Of a stretch of 64,000 nt of DNA, positions 23,866 through 40,244 are shown one piece after another. Within the stretch, counting starts at the first letter, position 1. Each line of letters begins with the position of its first letter. Source of the DNA: the human T2T-CHM13v2.0 reference genome, Homo sapiens. A model generated the notes under the pieces. It saw nothing but the letters and a program-made list of their open reading frames with translations. It made no database searches and was not told the origin of the DNA. The DNA is taken from the NCBI RefSeq assembly GCF_009914755.1, contig NC_060936.1; one strand, written 5' to 3'. The position numbers and the translations under genes were made by a program.

Positions 23866-25387
23866 ATCTTGGACTTCTCAGCCTCCAGAACCATAAAATA
23901 CAAATTTATTTTCTTTATAAATTCCCCAGTTTCAGGTATTCTGTTATAAGTAACAGAAAATGAATTAATACAGAAAATTGTTACCGAGAAGTGGAGTGTT
24001 GCTGATAATGAATAACTAAAATTGTGGAAGCAGCTTTGGAACCAGATAATGGGCAGAAGCTGGAAGAATTTGGAGGAGCAGGCTAGAAAAAGCCTAGATT
24101 CTGGTGAGGGTTTAGAAGACAAGACAACTAGGGAAAGTTTGGAAGTCCTTAGAGATTGGTTAAGTAGTCATGACCAGAGTGCTGATAGAAATATGCACAG
24201 TAAAGGCCATTTCGATGAGGTTTCAAATGTAACTGAGGAACAAGGGAGTGGAAACCAGAGCAAAGGTCATTCTTGTCATAAATGGGCAAAGAACTTGGCT
24301 GAACTATGTTAATGCTGAGGGCTTTGGGGAAGGCAAAAATCAACAGTGATGAACTAGAGTATGTGGCAGAAGAAATTTCTAAGTAAAACATAAAAGTTGC
24401 TGCATGGTTACTTTTGGCTGCTTACACTGAGAATTGAAAGCAAATAATAACTTAAAGAAAGAATTTATAATCAAGAGAGAAGGAGAATTGAAAGATTTGG
24501 AAAATGCTCAGCCTAACCACATAAAGAATGAAAAAATGTGTTCAGGAGAGGAAACCAAGGGTGTAGCCCAGTGACCACTTGCAAAAGAGATTACTACACA
24601 CAAAAGGGAGCCAGGTGCTATTCCTCAAGAAAATGGAAGAAAGACCCAGAAAGCATTTCAGAAATCTTCAAGGCTCTCCCATCACAGGCTCAAAGGCTGA
24701 GGAGAGTAGAGTGGTTTCACGGGACAGGCCTGGGGTGCTCATTGCCCAGGTCCAACTTGTGACTTTGCTCCCCACACCCTTGCATGGTGCTCCATGGTTG
24801 CCCCAGCCATGGCTTAAGTGGTCCCAGGTGCAGATCATGCCACAGTTCCTGATGGTACAAGTCATAAACTATAGCAACATCCATATAATGTTAATTCTGT
24901 AGGCTTGCAGAAAACAAGAGCTGTGGAGGCTTGGCAGCCTCCACCCAGATTTCAAAGAATGTCATCAAAAGCCTGGGGTCTCAGGCACAGACTTGTTACA
25001 GGAAAGGAGTGACCACAGACAGCCCCTGCTAGAGCAAGAAAAAGTGGAAATGTGGGGTTGGAGCTGCTGCAGAGAATCCTCACTGCATAGGGCAGTACCT
25101 AGTGGAGCCATAGGAGCAAAACCACCACCAAAATGCCAGAACTATACAGCTGCCAGCATGCAATCCTAGTCGAGGAGAGCTGAAGCATGAGCTAAGCCCA
25201 GGAAAGCCACAAAGGCAGGGTTTTTCAAGGCCTTGGGGACTTAACCCCCACATCAGTTTGTGCAGAATGCTAGTCATGGAGTCAAAGGAGATTATTCCTC
25301 ACCCTTAGATTTAATGTCTGCCCTCTTGGGTTTCAGACTTGTTTGGGGCCTGTTACTCCTTTCTTTTGGCCTGTGTCTTCCTTTTCT

Positions 25388-26547
<1,160 letters not shown>

Positions 26548-27319
26548 CTGTGTCTTCCTTTTCTAATGGAAATGTCTACCATATGCCTGTATAACACCAC
26601 TGTATCTTGAATGTAGGTAGCTTGTTTTGATATCATGAGACTATGAATTTTGGACATTTGGGTTGGTGCTGGAACAAGTTAAGAATTTGGGGCTATGATG
26701 TGGAAGAAATGGATTTTTATGTGAGAAGGACATCAGTTTTGGAGGGCCAGAAGCAATATACTATGGTTTGAATATTTTCCCATTTCAAAACTCATGTTGA
26801 AATTTAATCTCCAATGTGGCAGTATTGAGAGAAGAGGCATTTAAGAGGTGTTGGGTCATGAGAACAGAGCCCTCATGAATGGATTAATACATTCATCAAT
26901 TAATAGATGAATGAGTTAATGGATTAATGGGCTATCATGGGAGTGGGACTGGTGGCTTTATAAGAAGAGGAAGAGAGACCTGAGAGAGCACATTCAGCCC
27001 CCTCACCATGTGAGGCCCTGCACCACCTTGGGTCTCTACAGAGTTCTCAGAAGGCTCTCACCAGATGTAGCCCCTTGACCTTGGACTTCTCAACCTCAGA
27101 ACTATAAAAAATATATTACTTTTCTTTATAAATTACCCAGTTTCAAGTGTTCTGATATAAACAACAGAAAATAGGCTAATATATCTATTTAACGCATAAA
27201 AAGAGACTTGAAAACAGAAATTTATACCATGTCCCTGAGTAAAATATTAAATGTTGTAAAATGCTAATTTTATCCTAAATAATCTCTAAATTTGCTATTC
27301 TTCCAATCAAAATCTCAAC

Positions 27320-28455
27320 AGGTAAAATCTAAAACTGTAAAACTCTTAGAAGAAAGCAGAAAAGCTTTATGACATTGGATTTGGCAATGATTGCTGGGTT
27401 ATAATAACACTAAAAGCACAAGCAACAAAAGTAAAAATTAGATAAATTGGACTACATCAACCTTTAAAACTGTGCGTCAAGGGGACACAATCAACAGAGT
27501 AAAAAGGCAATCTATGAAATGGGAGAAAATACTCTTAAATCACGTATATAAAGTGATTAATATCCAGAATATATAAGAAACTCCTACAACTCAACAAAAT
27601 AACCCAGTTAAAAAATAGAAAAAAGACTTGAATAGACACTTTTCCAGAGAAGATATACAAATGGTCAACAAGCACATGAAAAGATGCCCAACATCACTAA
27701 TCATTAGGGAAATGCAAATCAAAACCACAAAGAGATGTTACTTCACAACCATCAGGATGGCTACTATCAAAAAAGCTAAGTAAGTGTTGGCTAGGATGTG
27801 AAGAAATTGGAATCCTTGTGTATCACTGGTGGAAATTTAAAATGATGCAGCCACTATGGAAAACAGCACTGCAGTTCCTCTTAAAATTAGAAATAGAATT
27901 ACCATAAGATCCAGCAACTTTACTGCTTGGTATGCATCCAAAAGAATTAAAAACAGAATCAAAGAGATATTTCCAAACCCATATTATAGAAGCATTTTTC
28001 ACAACAGCCAAAAGGTGGAGGCAACCTAAGTGTTCACTGACAAATGAATGGATCAACAAAATATGGTATATACACACAATGGAATATTATTCAGCCTTAA
28101 AAAGAAAAATCGTGTCATATGCTACAACATAGATGAATCTTGAGAACATTATGCTAAGTGAAATAAGCCAGTCACAAAAAGATAAATATTGTATGATTCC
28201 ACTTAGTTGAGGTATCTAGAGTAGTCAAATTCCTAGAAATAAAAAGTAGAATGGTGGTTGCCATTGACAGATAGGGGGAGGAATAAATAGAAAGTTTTGT
28301 TTAATGGGTACAGAGTTTCAGATTTCCATAATAAAAAAACTTTGGAGACTGATTAGACAATAACATGAATACAATTACCACTATTGAACTGTACACTTTA
28401 AAAATAGTTAATATGGAAAATTCTATGTTACGTGTATCTTCACAATTTTTTTTAA
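27320..28455 (+). mobile_element. L1MB-type 3' fragment
   Basis: ORF2 end and 3' UTR motifs (ATTATGCTAAGTGAAATAAGCCAGTCACAAAA, TTTAATGGGTACAGAGTTTCAG). Confidence 0.8.
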
Positions 28456-28872
28456 AGTTCAGTAGGGTAATTATGCAAATGTAACATTTAAAATCAATAG
28501 AGGAAGCTGGATTATTCGATAAATGATGCTAGGACAACTGATCATTAATTTGGGGGTAGGAAGGAACCATAGATAAATTATAAATCTGAAAATAAATAAA
28601 ACTATACGAAGAAAATAAGGTAAAATATTTTATAATTGTGGGGCTGGTCAAGGTCAGCCTAAGCAAGATACAAAATCCAGAAGCTTTAAGTAAATACACA
28701 GATAGAACACTTCATAAAAATTAAAACTTTTACACCACAAAAAAAAGATAAATACCAAGAAACAGGCTGGAAAAATACTTTTAAAATATTTTTAACAGAC
28801 AAAGTCTGTTAAATATATTTGATCTAGAATATACAGTCTAGAATATAGAATTCTGTTTGGTCTAGAATATAC

Positions 28873-29535
28873 AGTCAATTCTTGCTTTCACAGTAATTTT
28901 ATTCAATAAAGCCACCATGAACACCAAGTTAGTAAATACTAAATCATTGCTCCTAAGAGAATGCAGGTTTAGATTCCTGGAGCCTCTGGTCACAATATTT
29001 TTATCAACTGATCAATACAAAATCTTGTTTTGTATATGCTTCTGTTTAAAGACAACTTATTTAACATATATTGTTGATTTATTAACATTGAACTCACAGC
29101 CATGAGTTCCACAATATAACTCATACCTCAGTGAAGCTTATCTGACACATAGATTTTCTCCATAAGCTACATCACTAGTGTTTCTTATGCCTCTAGAAAC
29201 ACTAGAAAGTACTTCAGCACTACACTGGAGGCCATTTTAAACAGTGAAATGCCCAAGGAAAACCAGAAAATTTTTTTTAAAAAACTGGCACTAAATAGAA
29301 TATGAAAAGGACACTTGTTTCTTGTTTACAGTATGAGAACTGAAACAAGAAGGCAGAGTGTTGTCTTGTTCAACCTCAACTGGGACTCAACTGGGAACAT
29401 GTGCAATTTTCCACTGCTCTGTGCACGTCCATGAATGAGAAGAACCATGAAAACAAAGAACCATTTATGATTACAAATTTTAGCAAATAAGTGAATTTCC
29501 AAATATGGCATCCACTAGTAATAAGAATTTAATGT
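28873..29535 (+). mobile_element. MER82-like Tigger-family DNA transposon
   Basis: TA|CAGTCAATTCT terminus; CATTGCTCCTA...GAGCCTCTGGTCACAA...CATTGAACTCACAGCC motifs. Confidence 0.75.
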
Positions 29536-29664
29536 TTTAAAATACACTTCAAAATCAATTCTTTGAAAAATATAAGAAGTAAAAATAATTTGATTCACAT
29601 GAGAAAAAATACAATTGCCTCAAAAATCTAAAGGGAAACAAAAGTTCCTTCTCACTAATAATCA

Positions 29665-29995
<331 letters not shown>

Positions 29996-30010
29996 AATAA
30001 TTGATACCTC

Positions 30011-32539
30011 TGATATGGTTTGGCTGTGTCCCCACCCAAATCTCATATTGGATTATAGTTCCCATAATCCCCATGTGTGATGGTTAATACTGAATGTCAA
30101 CTCGATTGGATTGAAGGATGCAAAGTATTGATCCTGGGTGTGTCTGTGAGGGTGTTGCCAAAGGAGATTAACATTTGAGTCAGTGAGCTGGGAAAGGCAG
30201 ACCCACCCTTAATCTGGGCAGGCGCAATCTAATCAGCTGCCAGTGCAGCTAGGATAAAAGCAGGCAGAAGAACGTGAAAAGAATATGCTGGCTTAGCCTC
30301 CCAGCCTACATTTTTCTTTCATGCTGGATGCTTCCTGCCCTCAAACATCAGACTTCAAGTTCTTCAGCTTTGGGATTCAGACTGGATTCCTTGCTCCTCA
30401 GCTTGCAGCCTATTGTGGGGCCTTGTGATCATGTGAGTTTAACACTCCTTAATAAACTCCCCTTTCTATATATATATAATATATATATAATATATATATA
30501 CACACACATACACATACACGGAGAGAGAGAGAGAGACATAAAGAGAGAAAAAAAGAGAGAGAGATCCTGTTAGTTCTGTCCCTCTAGACAACCCTAATAC
30601 ACCATGTGTCATGGGAGGGACCTGGTGGGAGGTAATTAAATCACGGGGATGGTTACCCCCATCCTGCTTTTCTCTGACAGTGAGTGAGTTCTCATGAGAT
30701 CTGATGGTTTATAAGGGTATTTTTCCCCCTTTGCTTGGCACTTCTTTCTCCTGCTGCCATGTGAAGAAGAACATATTTGTTTCCCTTTCTGCCACGAACT
30801 AATATAGTAAATTGGTAACACAGAGAGTGGGGGACTGCTATAAAGACACACGAAAATGTGAAAGCGACTTTGGAACTGGGTAACCGGCAGAGGTTGGAAC
30901 AGTTTCGAGGGCCCAGAAGACAGGAAAATGTGGGAAAGTCTGCAACTTCCTAGAGACTTGAGGGCTCAGAAGACAGGAAGATATGGGGAAGTTTGGAGCT
31001 TCCTAGAGACTTGCTGAATGGCTTTGGTCAAAATGTTGATAGTGATGGACAATGAAGTCCAGGCTGAGGTGTCTCAGATGGAGATGAGGAACTTGTTGGG
31101 AACTGCAATAAAGGTGATTCTTGCTATGCTTTAGCAAAGAGACTGGTAGCATTTTGCTCCTGTCCTAGAGATTTGTAGAACTTTGAATGTGAGAGAGATG
31201 ATTTAGGGTATCTGGTGGAAGAAATTTCTAAGCAGCAAAGCATTCAAGAGGAAAGAGAGCATAAAAGTTTAGAATATTTGCAGCCTGACAATGTGGTAGA
31301 AGAGAAAAACCCATTTTCTGGGGAGAAATCAAGTGACTGCAGAAATTCACATAAGTCACAAGGAACCAAATGTTAATCACCAAGACAATGGGGAAAATGT
31401 CTTCAGGGCATGTCAGAGACATTCACAGCAGCCCCTCCAATCACAGGTCCTGAGACCTAGGAGGGAAAATACGGTTTCCTGAGCTGGGTCCAGGGTCCCC
31501 CGTGCTGCCTCACAACTTGGCGCCCTGCATCCCAGCCACTCCAGCCCTGGTCTAAAAGGTGCCAAGGTACAGCTCGGGCCATATCTTCAGAGGGTGCAAG
31601 CCCCAAGCCTTGGTGGCTTCCATGTGGTGTTGGTCCTGCAGGTCCAACAGAAGACAAGAATTGAGGTTTGGGAACCTTTGCCTAGATTTCAGAGGATGCA
31701 TGGAAATGCCTGGATGTCCAGGCAGAAGTTTGCTCTAGGGGCAGAGTCCTCATGGAGAACCTCTGATAGGGCAGTGTGAAAGGGAAATGTGGGGTTGGAG
31801 CCCCCAAACAGAGTCCCCACTGGGGGACTACCTAGTAGAGATTGTTTTAGAACTTAAAGGTTTAATGACTACCCTATTGGATTTCAGACTTGCACGGGGC
31901 CTGTAGCCCCTTTGTTTTGGCCAATTTCTCCCTTTTGAAACAGGTGTATTTACCCAGTATCTGTATCCCCATTGTATACAGGAAGTAACTAACTTGCTTT
32001 TGATTTTACAGGCTCATAAGCAGAAGAAACTTGCCTTGTCTCAGGTAAGACTTTGGACTGTGGACTTTTGAGTAAATGCTGAAATGAGTTAAGACTTTGG
32101 GGGACTGCTGGAAAGGCATAATTGATTTGAAATGTGAGAACATGATATTTGGGAGGTACCAGGGGTGGAATGATATGGTTTGCTTGTGTCCCCACCAAAA
32201 TCTCTTCGTGGATTTTAGTTCCCACAACCCCCACGTCATGGGAGGGACCCAGTTGGAGGCAATTGGATCAGGGACAGTTACCCCCATCCTGCTGTTCTCA
32301 TAATAGTGAATGAGTTCTCACGAGATCTGATGGTTTTAAAAGGGGCATTTCCCCCTTTGCTCGGCACTTCTTTCTCCTGCCGCCATATGAAGGATGTGTT
32401 TGCTTCCCTTCAATCTTGATTGTAAGTTTCCTGAGGCATCCCCAGCCCAGCAGAGCTGTGAGTCAATTGAACCTCTTTCCTTTATAAATTACCCAGTCTT
32501 GGGCAGTTCTTCATAGCAGAGTGATAACTTACTAGAACA
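30011..32539 (+). mobile_element. THE1C/D MaLR provirus: 5' LTR 30011-30806 (interrupted and partly deleted), internal region, 3' LTR 32171-32539
   Basis: Both LTRs begin TGATATGGTTTG; perfect 5-bp TSD ACCTC at 30006-30010 and 32540-32544. Confidence 0.92.
30076..30601 (+). mobile_element. MLT2A1-like (HERV-L) solo LTR nested in the THE1 5' LTR
   Basis: TGTGATGGTTAATACTGAATGTCAAC...CCCTAATACA, with internal (TA)/(CA)/(GA) tract; perfect TSD CCATG. Confidence 0.9.
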
Positions 32540-32560
32540 ACCTCTTAACAAAAATGGTCA

Positions 32561-32885
<325 letters not shown>

Positions 32886-33010
32886 ATTAGACAAAAACGA
32901 TCATACAAACAATTCATCCCACACTGTCTTCAGCTGTCCGTACTTCATCCTCCTTGTAGAGCAATTTTGATGATTCAAGACAAGTGAATCAAAAATACCT
33001 AAAATGATGT

Positions 33011-33380
33011 TGCTATGGTTTGAGTGTCCCCCCACAAAACTCATTTTGAAATTTAACTGCTATTTTAATAATATTAAAAGGTGAGACTATTAAAAGATAA
33101 TTAGACCATGAGGACTTTGCCCTCATGAATGGATAAATGTCATTATTCTTGGAGTGTGTTTGCTATGAAAGGATGAGTTCAACCGTCTCTCATTCTCTTG
33201 ACCTCTCTTACCCTCTCACCTTCTGCCTTGGGATGATGTAGGAAGAAAGCCCTTGACAGATGCCAGCACCTTGATATTAGACTTCCCAGCCTTCGAAACT
33301 GTGAGAAGTAAATTTCTTTTCTTTATAAATTATCCAGTCGGTGGTATTCTGTTACAGCAGCACAAAATGGACTAAGACAG
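33011..33380 (+). mobile_element. MaLR solo LTR (MSTD/MSTB-like)
   Basis: TGCTATGGTTTGAGTGTCCCC...AGCACAAAATGGACTAAGACA termini. Confidence 0.8.
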
Positions 33381-35032
33381 GTATGGATTGAAATGAAAAA
33401 TGAACGGATGAGTGGGTAGGTAGATGGATGGATGAATGGATCAATGGATAAATTGGTTGAATGAGTAATGAATGGACAGATGCAAGCAATAACTTGCAAA
33501 CTATTCTACAGGAACTCATGGTGCCATAAGGAGTCATTACGACTTTTTACAACTTATGGCATTTATTTTTTCAGAAAATATAAAATCTTTATTAGAAAAA
33601 TTAGATCTGCTTGTCATAAATAATTCAAACAATGTTTAAGTATATAAAGCAGGAAGTTAAAGTCTCCCTTGAATCTTAAGCCTTAGAAATAACCACTATA
33701 GCTGTATACTATACATACTTCCAGATTTTCTGAGCACATACAAATTAACATTGCACATATTAGAATGCACTTATTATATGAAGTTGTTTTATACTATACA
33801 TACTGCCAATCCTACCAAAACTGACAGAGTGATGTCTCTGAAGGCCACAAACAAAACAATTTTTAAAAATGTGCGTTTGTATTGTAAATAATTTATAGAG
33901 AATCTTGCATTTATATTGAAAGAGCTTCATAACAATCCTACAAACAAACAGGAACTAGCGTCCTCATTTTAAAGAAGCAGCAGCAGAGGGTGAGTTACTT
34001 GCCCAAGATTTTATGGCCAACAAATAATAGTCAGGCCAATTACTTTAACTAAATTATAAAGTTTCTCAGAGCAGAAACCACACATAATTCCAGTTTTGTA
34101 TCATTTACAGTACCTGGCACAAAATTATAAACAGGTATGAGGAGGGTATGATGTTTATATTGCTTACTGCTCTATGCCACACATATAACAAATGGTCAAT
34201 AAACATCTGTGAAACAAATGGATGGAAAGATGTATAAAAGAAGAGGAAATGGGAAGAGATTCTAAATGAACTAAGATACTTATCAAACCATCATTTTTTC
34301 AATTTGGACAATAATAAATACGTTTAGCAGCTCATCCACTCCGTAAGCATAATACAACATGATAACCAATATCATTGATATCAATATCAAAATGATATCA
34401 ATTGAATATACTCTAGATAAGAGTGACATCAACAATTACTGATTTCCTCTTTAACAGTGAAATGCCATAGTAAAAAATATTGAACAGTAGACACTATACA
34501 CCCTTATTGTTGCTAAAAGAAGCTATTCCGTCTATTTTTTTAATTTTATATCAAATATTCACATGGAATTTGGCTCAAACACAATAGATATGCAAACTAT
34601 AAAAGTATAAATAGTCCATAGGGACTATGGGAAAGTATAAATAGTCCATAGAATTACTGTGAAATATAAGTGAGACAAGGAATGTTAAGTGCTTATCACT
34701 GCACTTGGAATGTGGTAGGTACTCAATAAGTGTTAGATATCATTATTAACATCACTATTAACATCATCATCATAAGGCTTTCCTAAAATGATTAAAAAAT
34801 TGAGGCTTTCCAAAGGCAAAATTATAGTTCATTTATTTTAAAAGTTATAAAAATAACTGCACAAAACAATAAAAATCTAGATCACACAAATGCTTGACAG
34901 GAAAGCTGAAATGCATTTTTCTGTAAAATAAATATATGTCCCATCTTCTGCCTAGATGCAGACTACAGGCATATTCTCCTTGAGTGCATCTATGAGAGAT
35001 GAAATGTCTACTGACCTAATTTCTGTAGCTAT

Positions 35033-37809
35033 TGTTATCTGTTTCTTACAGCCACTGTAACAAACCGCCACAAACTTAGTATTATAGCTTAAAATAACAA
35101 AATATGGTTTCTGACAGTTATTGGGATCAAAAGTTTAAAAGACATTTCACAGGGCTAAAATTAAGGTGTTAGCAGGGCTGGTTACTTCTGGAGGCTCTAA
35201 AAGAGAATCTAGGGGGCATGGTGGCTTATGTCTGTAATTCTAGCACTTTGGGAGGCCGAGGCAGGTGAATCACCTGAGGTCAGGAGTTCAAGACAAGACA
35301 GGCCAACATGGTGAAACCCCATCTCTACTAAAAATACAAAAAATTAGCTGGGCGTGGTGATGCATGCCTGTAATCCCAGCTACTCAGGAGGCTGAGGCAG
35401 GAGAACTGCTTGAACCCAGGAGGCAGAGGTTGCAGTGAGCCAGGATGGCAACAGAGCAAGACAACATCTCAAATAAGTAAATTTATAAATAAATAAAAAT
35501 AAAAGAGAATCTGTTCCCTGCCTTTTTCAACTTCAAGGGGCCACCTGTATTCCTTGGCTCATAGCCTCTTCCTCCATCTTCAAAGCTAGCAATGTAACAT
35601 CTTCAAATCTCTGCTTTCCTCATCATATCACACTATAAGTACCTTCATAATTACATTGGGCACACATTGATAATCCAGGATAATCCCCCCCCATCATAAG
35701 ATCCTTTAGTTAACAATATATGTCCCTTTTGTCATATACAGTAACATATTCATAGGCTCTACATACTAGAATTTAGACATTTGGGGAGGAGCATTATGCT
35801 GTCTTTATCACAGTACATCCTCTGGACACCAAATAATCACATTCTTCCACATATAAAATCCATTCATGCCATCTCAACGTCCCATAAATCTTAACCCATT
35901 ACACAACATCAACTTAAACTCAAAATCTCAAAAACTCAAAAGTCCCAAATTTCCTCATATAAATCAAGCATGAGTCAGACGCATCTGTGAATCTGTGAAA
36001 CTGGAATAAAAAGTTATTCGCTCCTAAAATTCAATGATATGACAAGTGTAGCGAAACAATTATAGATATCCCCAACCAAAGAGAGAGAAATGAAAAATAA
36101 AAAGTGAGTCAACAGTCCGAAGCAATTCAGAACTGCAACTGGGCAAACTCCATTAGGTTTCAAGCCCTGGGAATAATCCTTTGGAGTTCTCAGCTCTACC
36201 CTCTCGGGCCTCAGTCCCATCCTCTGAGTCCTCCTTTCTATTCCATAAAGGTTAACTTATGTTTGCAAACTCAGTAGTTTCATAAGCCTATTTCCTGCCT
36301 GAAGAATTTCAGGAATCCAACAGCCTTCTTTCATTTTATCCTCTGTCCCTTTAAGTCCAAGCTACCAAAGTCTCCGCTAATAAACCATTCATGAAAACAC
36401 TGTGGGTCTCCCAGGTATGTCACAAGAATTTCCTGGATAATCCCAACTCTGAATCCCATCTCAGCGTAATTCATCTCATCATAATTCAGATCTGCTCAAT
36501 CTCTTCAAAGAGCCCTCTGTGTGGTTGAATAATCTCAGTTTTTGATCCTCCTGAGGCACTAGAAACAAGTTATCTAGCCATGCTTTCAGCTTTCTCTCTA
36601 AGTACACTTCTTGACAGTGAATCTAAAAATTTCAGTGTTTTTTGCAATCTGGATAGATTGAGAATGTTCCAACCATCAAGTCCTGGTTTCTTTGAGTTTA
36701 AATGTTCTTCTCACAATTTATCTCTTTCCTCCTCCCACATTTCAGTATAGGCAACAAGAGGAAACCAGGCCATACCTCCAACACTTTATCTAGAAATCTA
36801 CTCAGCAAAATATCCAAGTTCATCACCTACTAGATCTGCTTTGCACATAACCATAGAATATAATTCCTCTAGACTATCTGCTATTATATAGCAAGTATCT
36901 CCTTTCCTCCAGTTTTCAATAACATGTTTCCTATTTATTTCTGAGTCCTTATCAGAAGCACCTTTAACATTCATATGTTTATTAACATTCTCTCTACAAT
37001 GATTTAGGTATTCTCTAAGATCATACAAGTTCTCTCTACCATTTCCCCCGCTTTCTTCTGAACCCTCACAGTAGTGACTTTAACATCCTCGTTTGTATAA
37101 ACATTATGTTTATGACAATTAGGTAATCTCTAAGAAAATACAGGTTTTCTCTACCATATCACTTCTTTCTGAGCCCTTATTAGCGGCATCTTTAACGTCC
37201 ATATTTCTGTTCAAGGCAATCTAAGCTCTTTACATCATGCTCCTCAAAATTCTTCTAGCTTCTACCCAGTGCCCAATTCCAAAGCCATTTCTATATTTTT
37301 ATGCACCTGTTACAGCAGCACTCCACTTCCAGGTACCAAAATGTGGAATAGTTTCCTAGGGCTACCATTACAAATTACCACAAACTTAGTTGCTTATAAC
37401 AACACAAATTTATTCTCTCATAGTTCTCAAGGTCAAAGTCTAAAATGATTCTCTCTGGGCTAAAGTTAAGGTATTGGCAGGGCTATCTCCTTCTGGAGGC
37501 TCACAGGGAGAATCCACTTCCTGTTTTTTCAGCTTCCAGAGGCCTCTTGCATTCCTTTGGTCCATGGCTGCACCACTCTGACCTCTACTTCCATCATCAC
37601 ATATCTTCTGACTCTGACCCTGCTGCCTTTCTCTTACAAAGACCACTGTGATTACACCGGACCCCCAACGTAATCCAGATAACACCCCCAATTCAGATCC
37701 TAAACTGAATCACATCTGCAAAGTTCCTCTGCTACATAAGGTAATATATTCACAGGTTGTGAAGATTATAATGTAAATATCTTTTGGGGGAATTATTCTG
37801 TAAACCACA
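35033..37809 (-). mobile_element. MLT1C/D-like MaLR provirus: 3' LTR 35033-35812, internal region, 5' LTR about 37342-37809
   Basis: Both LTRs share ACAAA...CACAAACTTAGT...CTTCTGGAGGCTC; MLT1-int sequence between them; flanks GCTAT/GCCAT look like a 5-bp TSD. Confidence 0.8.
35211..35499 (+). mobile_element. AluS inserted in the MLT1 LTR
   Basis: 13-bp TSD TAAAAGAGAATCT at 35198-35210 and 35500-35512; about 20 nt missing in the right arm. Confidence 0.93.
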
Positions 37810-39042
37810 GCCATGTTCATTATTAACTGATTTCTGTTTAAAATACTTAACCCATATTTTCAATTACATAGTTTTAAGCACTAACACCGCTGATTGCCTA
37901 TCTTACTGAACTAATATCTTGCCATTTCCTCATTTCAAACGTTGGTTCTTTTAAAAGTTTTGGGAAGACGAAATTTAGCAAGAGAATAAAATCATATATT
38001 GAATTAAACAATTCCCAGAGCAGTTATACGAATAATATCTCGATTCATTGTTACGGTTCAGAGTATCTCCAAAGTATGTAGTAGTTTTGTTGTTGGGAGA
38101 GAGGGGGAAAGCTAAAGCCCTATCACAAAACCGTAACTATTCTGGAGTTGAAAGATAGCTCAGGGGTCATCTCCATTTCAAGGCTGAGAAAAATAAGGCC
38201 CAGAGAGGTTAAATTATTAACCCAATGACATAAACTCCAACAGAGAGGAGAGAGTATATAAATTTATTTTAATATATCTAGTGACTAACTATATAGAAAT
38301 CTGATTTAACAGCAACCACACAGAAAGCTGCTGCATTTTCATAAAAGGAATTTCTTAATCTCAAGTTCAGGTAGTTTTTTATTTAGCTATCTGAGCTTCT
38401 CAAGTCTTGAGGCAAATGCTAAAAAGGTAGTTTTCTAAACAGCTAGAGGAATTTCAGACAAACCCCATCAAATTCATAAAAATAGGTATTTGCCAGAATG
38501 CTACATAGGATGGTTATCAAGCCAAATGAAAGAGGTTCCACCGTTGTCAGTCTACTGACTGGTGTGGAAAATCCAAACATCTATAGGCTCTATAAGTAAT
38601 GTAGTTTCTGGCTTCCTTGGAGACCAGCGCTCTAATGGAACTCTAAGACAAATATCTTGTCATATATGTGTATAGCAAAAAAGTACTTTTAAGAAAATCA
38701 GTAAAAAAAAAAAAAAAAAAGGCACTTAAATTAAATTTTGCTGTGTCCAATACTACCAATCCTGTTATCCCTTATGAAAAACATCAGAACCACTTGGACA
38801 CTTTTAAAACGTTATTTTACTAAATGTGTATTTGGTTTCTTGGTTTTGCCAATTACAAGATAAGTAACATAGACTTGAAGTGGAAGTTAAGATATAAAGA
38901 CTTTAGGAAGGGCAGTAAAAAGTGCTATTGATATGTGAATAGGCATCTCAATAAATAAAATAAAAATACTCCAAGTATCCAAAATAATCAAACATTGCAA
39001 TATGAAAGGAAGAAATTATGTTTGCATTGACTTATGCAACTA

Positions 39043-39360
<318 letters not shown>

Positions 39361-40244
39361 TCAACTATGGCTATGGCTCTGTGTGTGTGTGTGTGTTTGT
39401 GTTCACATGGGTTATCATGTGTACTGTCATTTCAATAAAGATATTATAATCTTATTGAATTGAAAATATTTGCAATACCTAGCAAAATTCTTTACAGCTT
39501 TTTTTTTTCTCAATACAATCTGATGGTAAAGAATAGAGCATAAATGTGATGTTTAAGGCTCTTTTCATTCCATAGCCAGGGTATGAATGTCTAGGTAAAA
39601 CTCAAAAATTGCATCAACAGTTTGAGGGTGAGTCAAAACATAAAATTTATCATGGCTATAGAAACAGAAAAAAAAAAATACATTGCCAATAAAATAGTTA
39701 TTTCCCCTGGTAACAGAAATAAATTTCCTAATAAAAATAGAAGTTAAAAAGAAAATGAAAATTATACCTAAGCACTTTAAACATTTCACTGAACATAATT
39801 CCATATCCACAAACACATACACGTGGTCTTACATAAATTGAATCTCACCTATACTATGAGTTTGAAATCAGTTTTTCTCTTATTCTTTAAGAAAAAAAAA
39901 GGTCAGGGATATCTTTTCATGTCAATAAATAGGAAAACTACGTAATCATTTTTAGGGCTGCAGACTGTCCCGTCACAGAAGCTCCATAATTTATTTAAGC
40001 AATCCCCTATTGTAAGACACTAATGCTGTTTATAATTTTTTACTCTACAACAAACATTGATAAACATCCTGTACCAATCTGTTTACCAATTTATCCAATT
40101 CTCTCTTTAAAATAAATGTCTACAACTAGAGGAGCTGGATAAATGAGTATACAGAGAATGTATATTAAACTCTTGCCTTGCACAGAAAATTTACCTCTAA
40201 CCCTTTTGAAAGCAATTTGCCAGAATGCATTAAGGTCCCTAGAT

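Noticed and set aside
30908-31013. About 52-bp direct repeat in the THE1 internal region
   Set aside because: I recall this duplication as a feature of THE1 internal consensus sequences, so it is probably not locus-specific.
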